From positions 30,155-94,154 of the forward strand of contig JAHEJW010000005.1 of the NCBI GenBank assembly GCA_024638655.1: DNA of 64,000 bases, given 5' to 3'. How positions within the stretch are numbered: position 1 is the stretch's first letter; each line of letters starts with the position of its first letter. The notes under the pieces were generated by a model. It saw only the letters and a list, made by a program, of their open reading frames with translations, did no database searches and had not been told where the DNA came from. This document shows, piece by piece, positions 63,699-64,000 of the stretch. The position numbers were made by a program, and so were the translations under genes. This DNA comes from a bacterium. GTDB taxonomy: Bacteria > Actinomycetota > Acidimicrobiia > Spongiisociales > ZC4RG35.

Positions 63699-64000
63699 TC
63701 AGATCCCGATACGGCGCACCAACTCCTCGCCCCGTGGGGAAAGCTCGTAGCCGGGAGAGTGGCTGATGGTCAGCCCCATCTCCTTGAGCTGTCGCACTCG
63801 CCTTTTGAAGAGCTGCTTCTCGACCCCCGCAGCCTTTGCCAGGGTCTCGGCAAGCACGTGGGGGTTGTCTCCGATCAACCGCAGGTAATCATGAGTCCAA
63901 GGCCCGGACTTCGAGCGGTGATCGAGCACCTCCAGCTTCTGGGAGGCGGTATCCAGCTCGTGCTGGTCGAATTCTCTCCGGGAGCGCAACTCGACTCGAG
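63699..64000 (-). CDS. C-terminal part of a winged-helix protein (often annotated ASCH-domain protein); 5' end outside window
   Basis: FKRRVRQLKEMGLTIS...GYELSPRG; frame open to the window edge. Confidence 0.6.
   Translation of the reverse strand, partial: RVELRSRREFDQHELDTASQKLEVLDHRSKSGPWTHDYLRLIGDNPHVLAETLAKAAGVEKQLFKRRVRQLKEMGLTISHSPGYELSPRGEELVRRIGI

Noticed and set aside
62355..64000. Genomic island integrated at tRNA-Arg
   Set aside because: No integrase or duplicated tRNA 3' end seen within the window.

Overview
High-GC chromosomal window whose gene content and signals fit an Acidimicrobiia-like actinobacterium (taxonomy inferred, not checked). It is mostly core and metabolic genes: metG, korAB, argGH, an Fe(III)/polyamine-type ABC importer, paaABCDE with a TetR regulator, metY-hydrolase-metA-sppA, the conserved thrC-rho-rpmE-prfA-prmC-tsaC-glyA-atp block, and tRNA-Arg(CCG). 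I saw no integrase, transposase or CRISPR array. The most unusual observations: (1) a NiSOD locus where the divergent maturation peptidase SodX is fused in frame to an AlkA-type DNA glycosylase, and SodN has Tyr instead of the canonical Ni-hook Pro; (2) an RpiB at the left edge, missed by the ORF track, with an N-terminal helix resembling a bacterial-microcompartment encapsulation peptide; (3) a NarL-type two-component locus with a His-less, ATPase-less pseudokinase and a stand-alone sensor membrane domain. Several operators are readable by eye (PaaR-like, Rex, ArsR, PadR, a 7-2-7 repeat), and many genes look leaderless. All family calls come from motif recognition; no searches were run.
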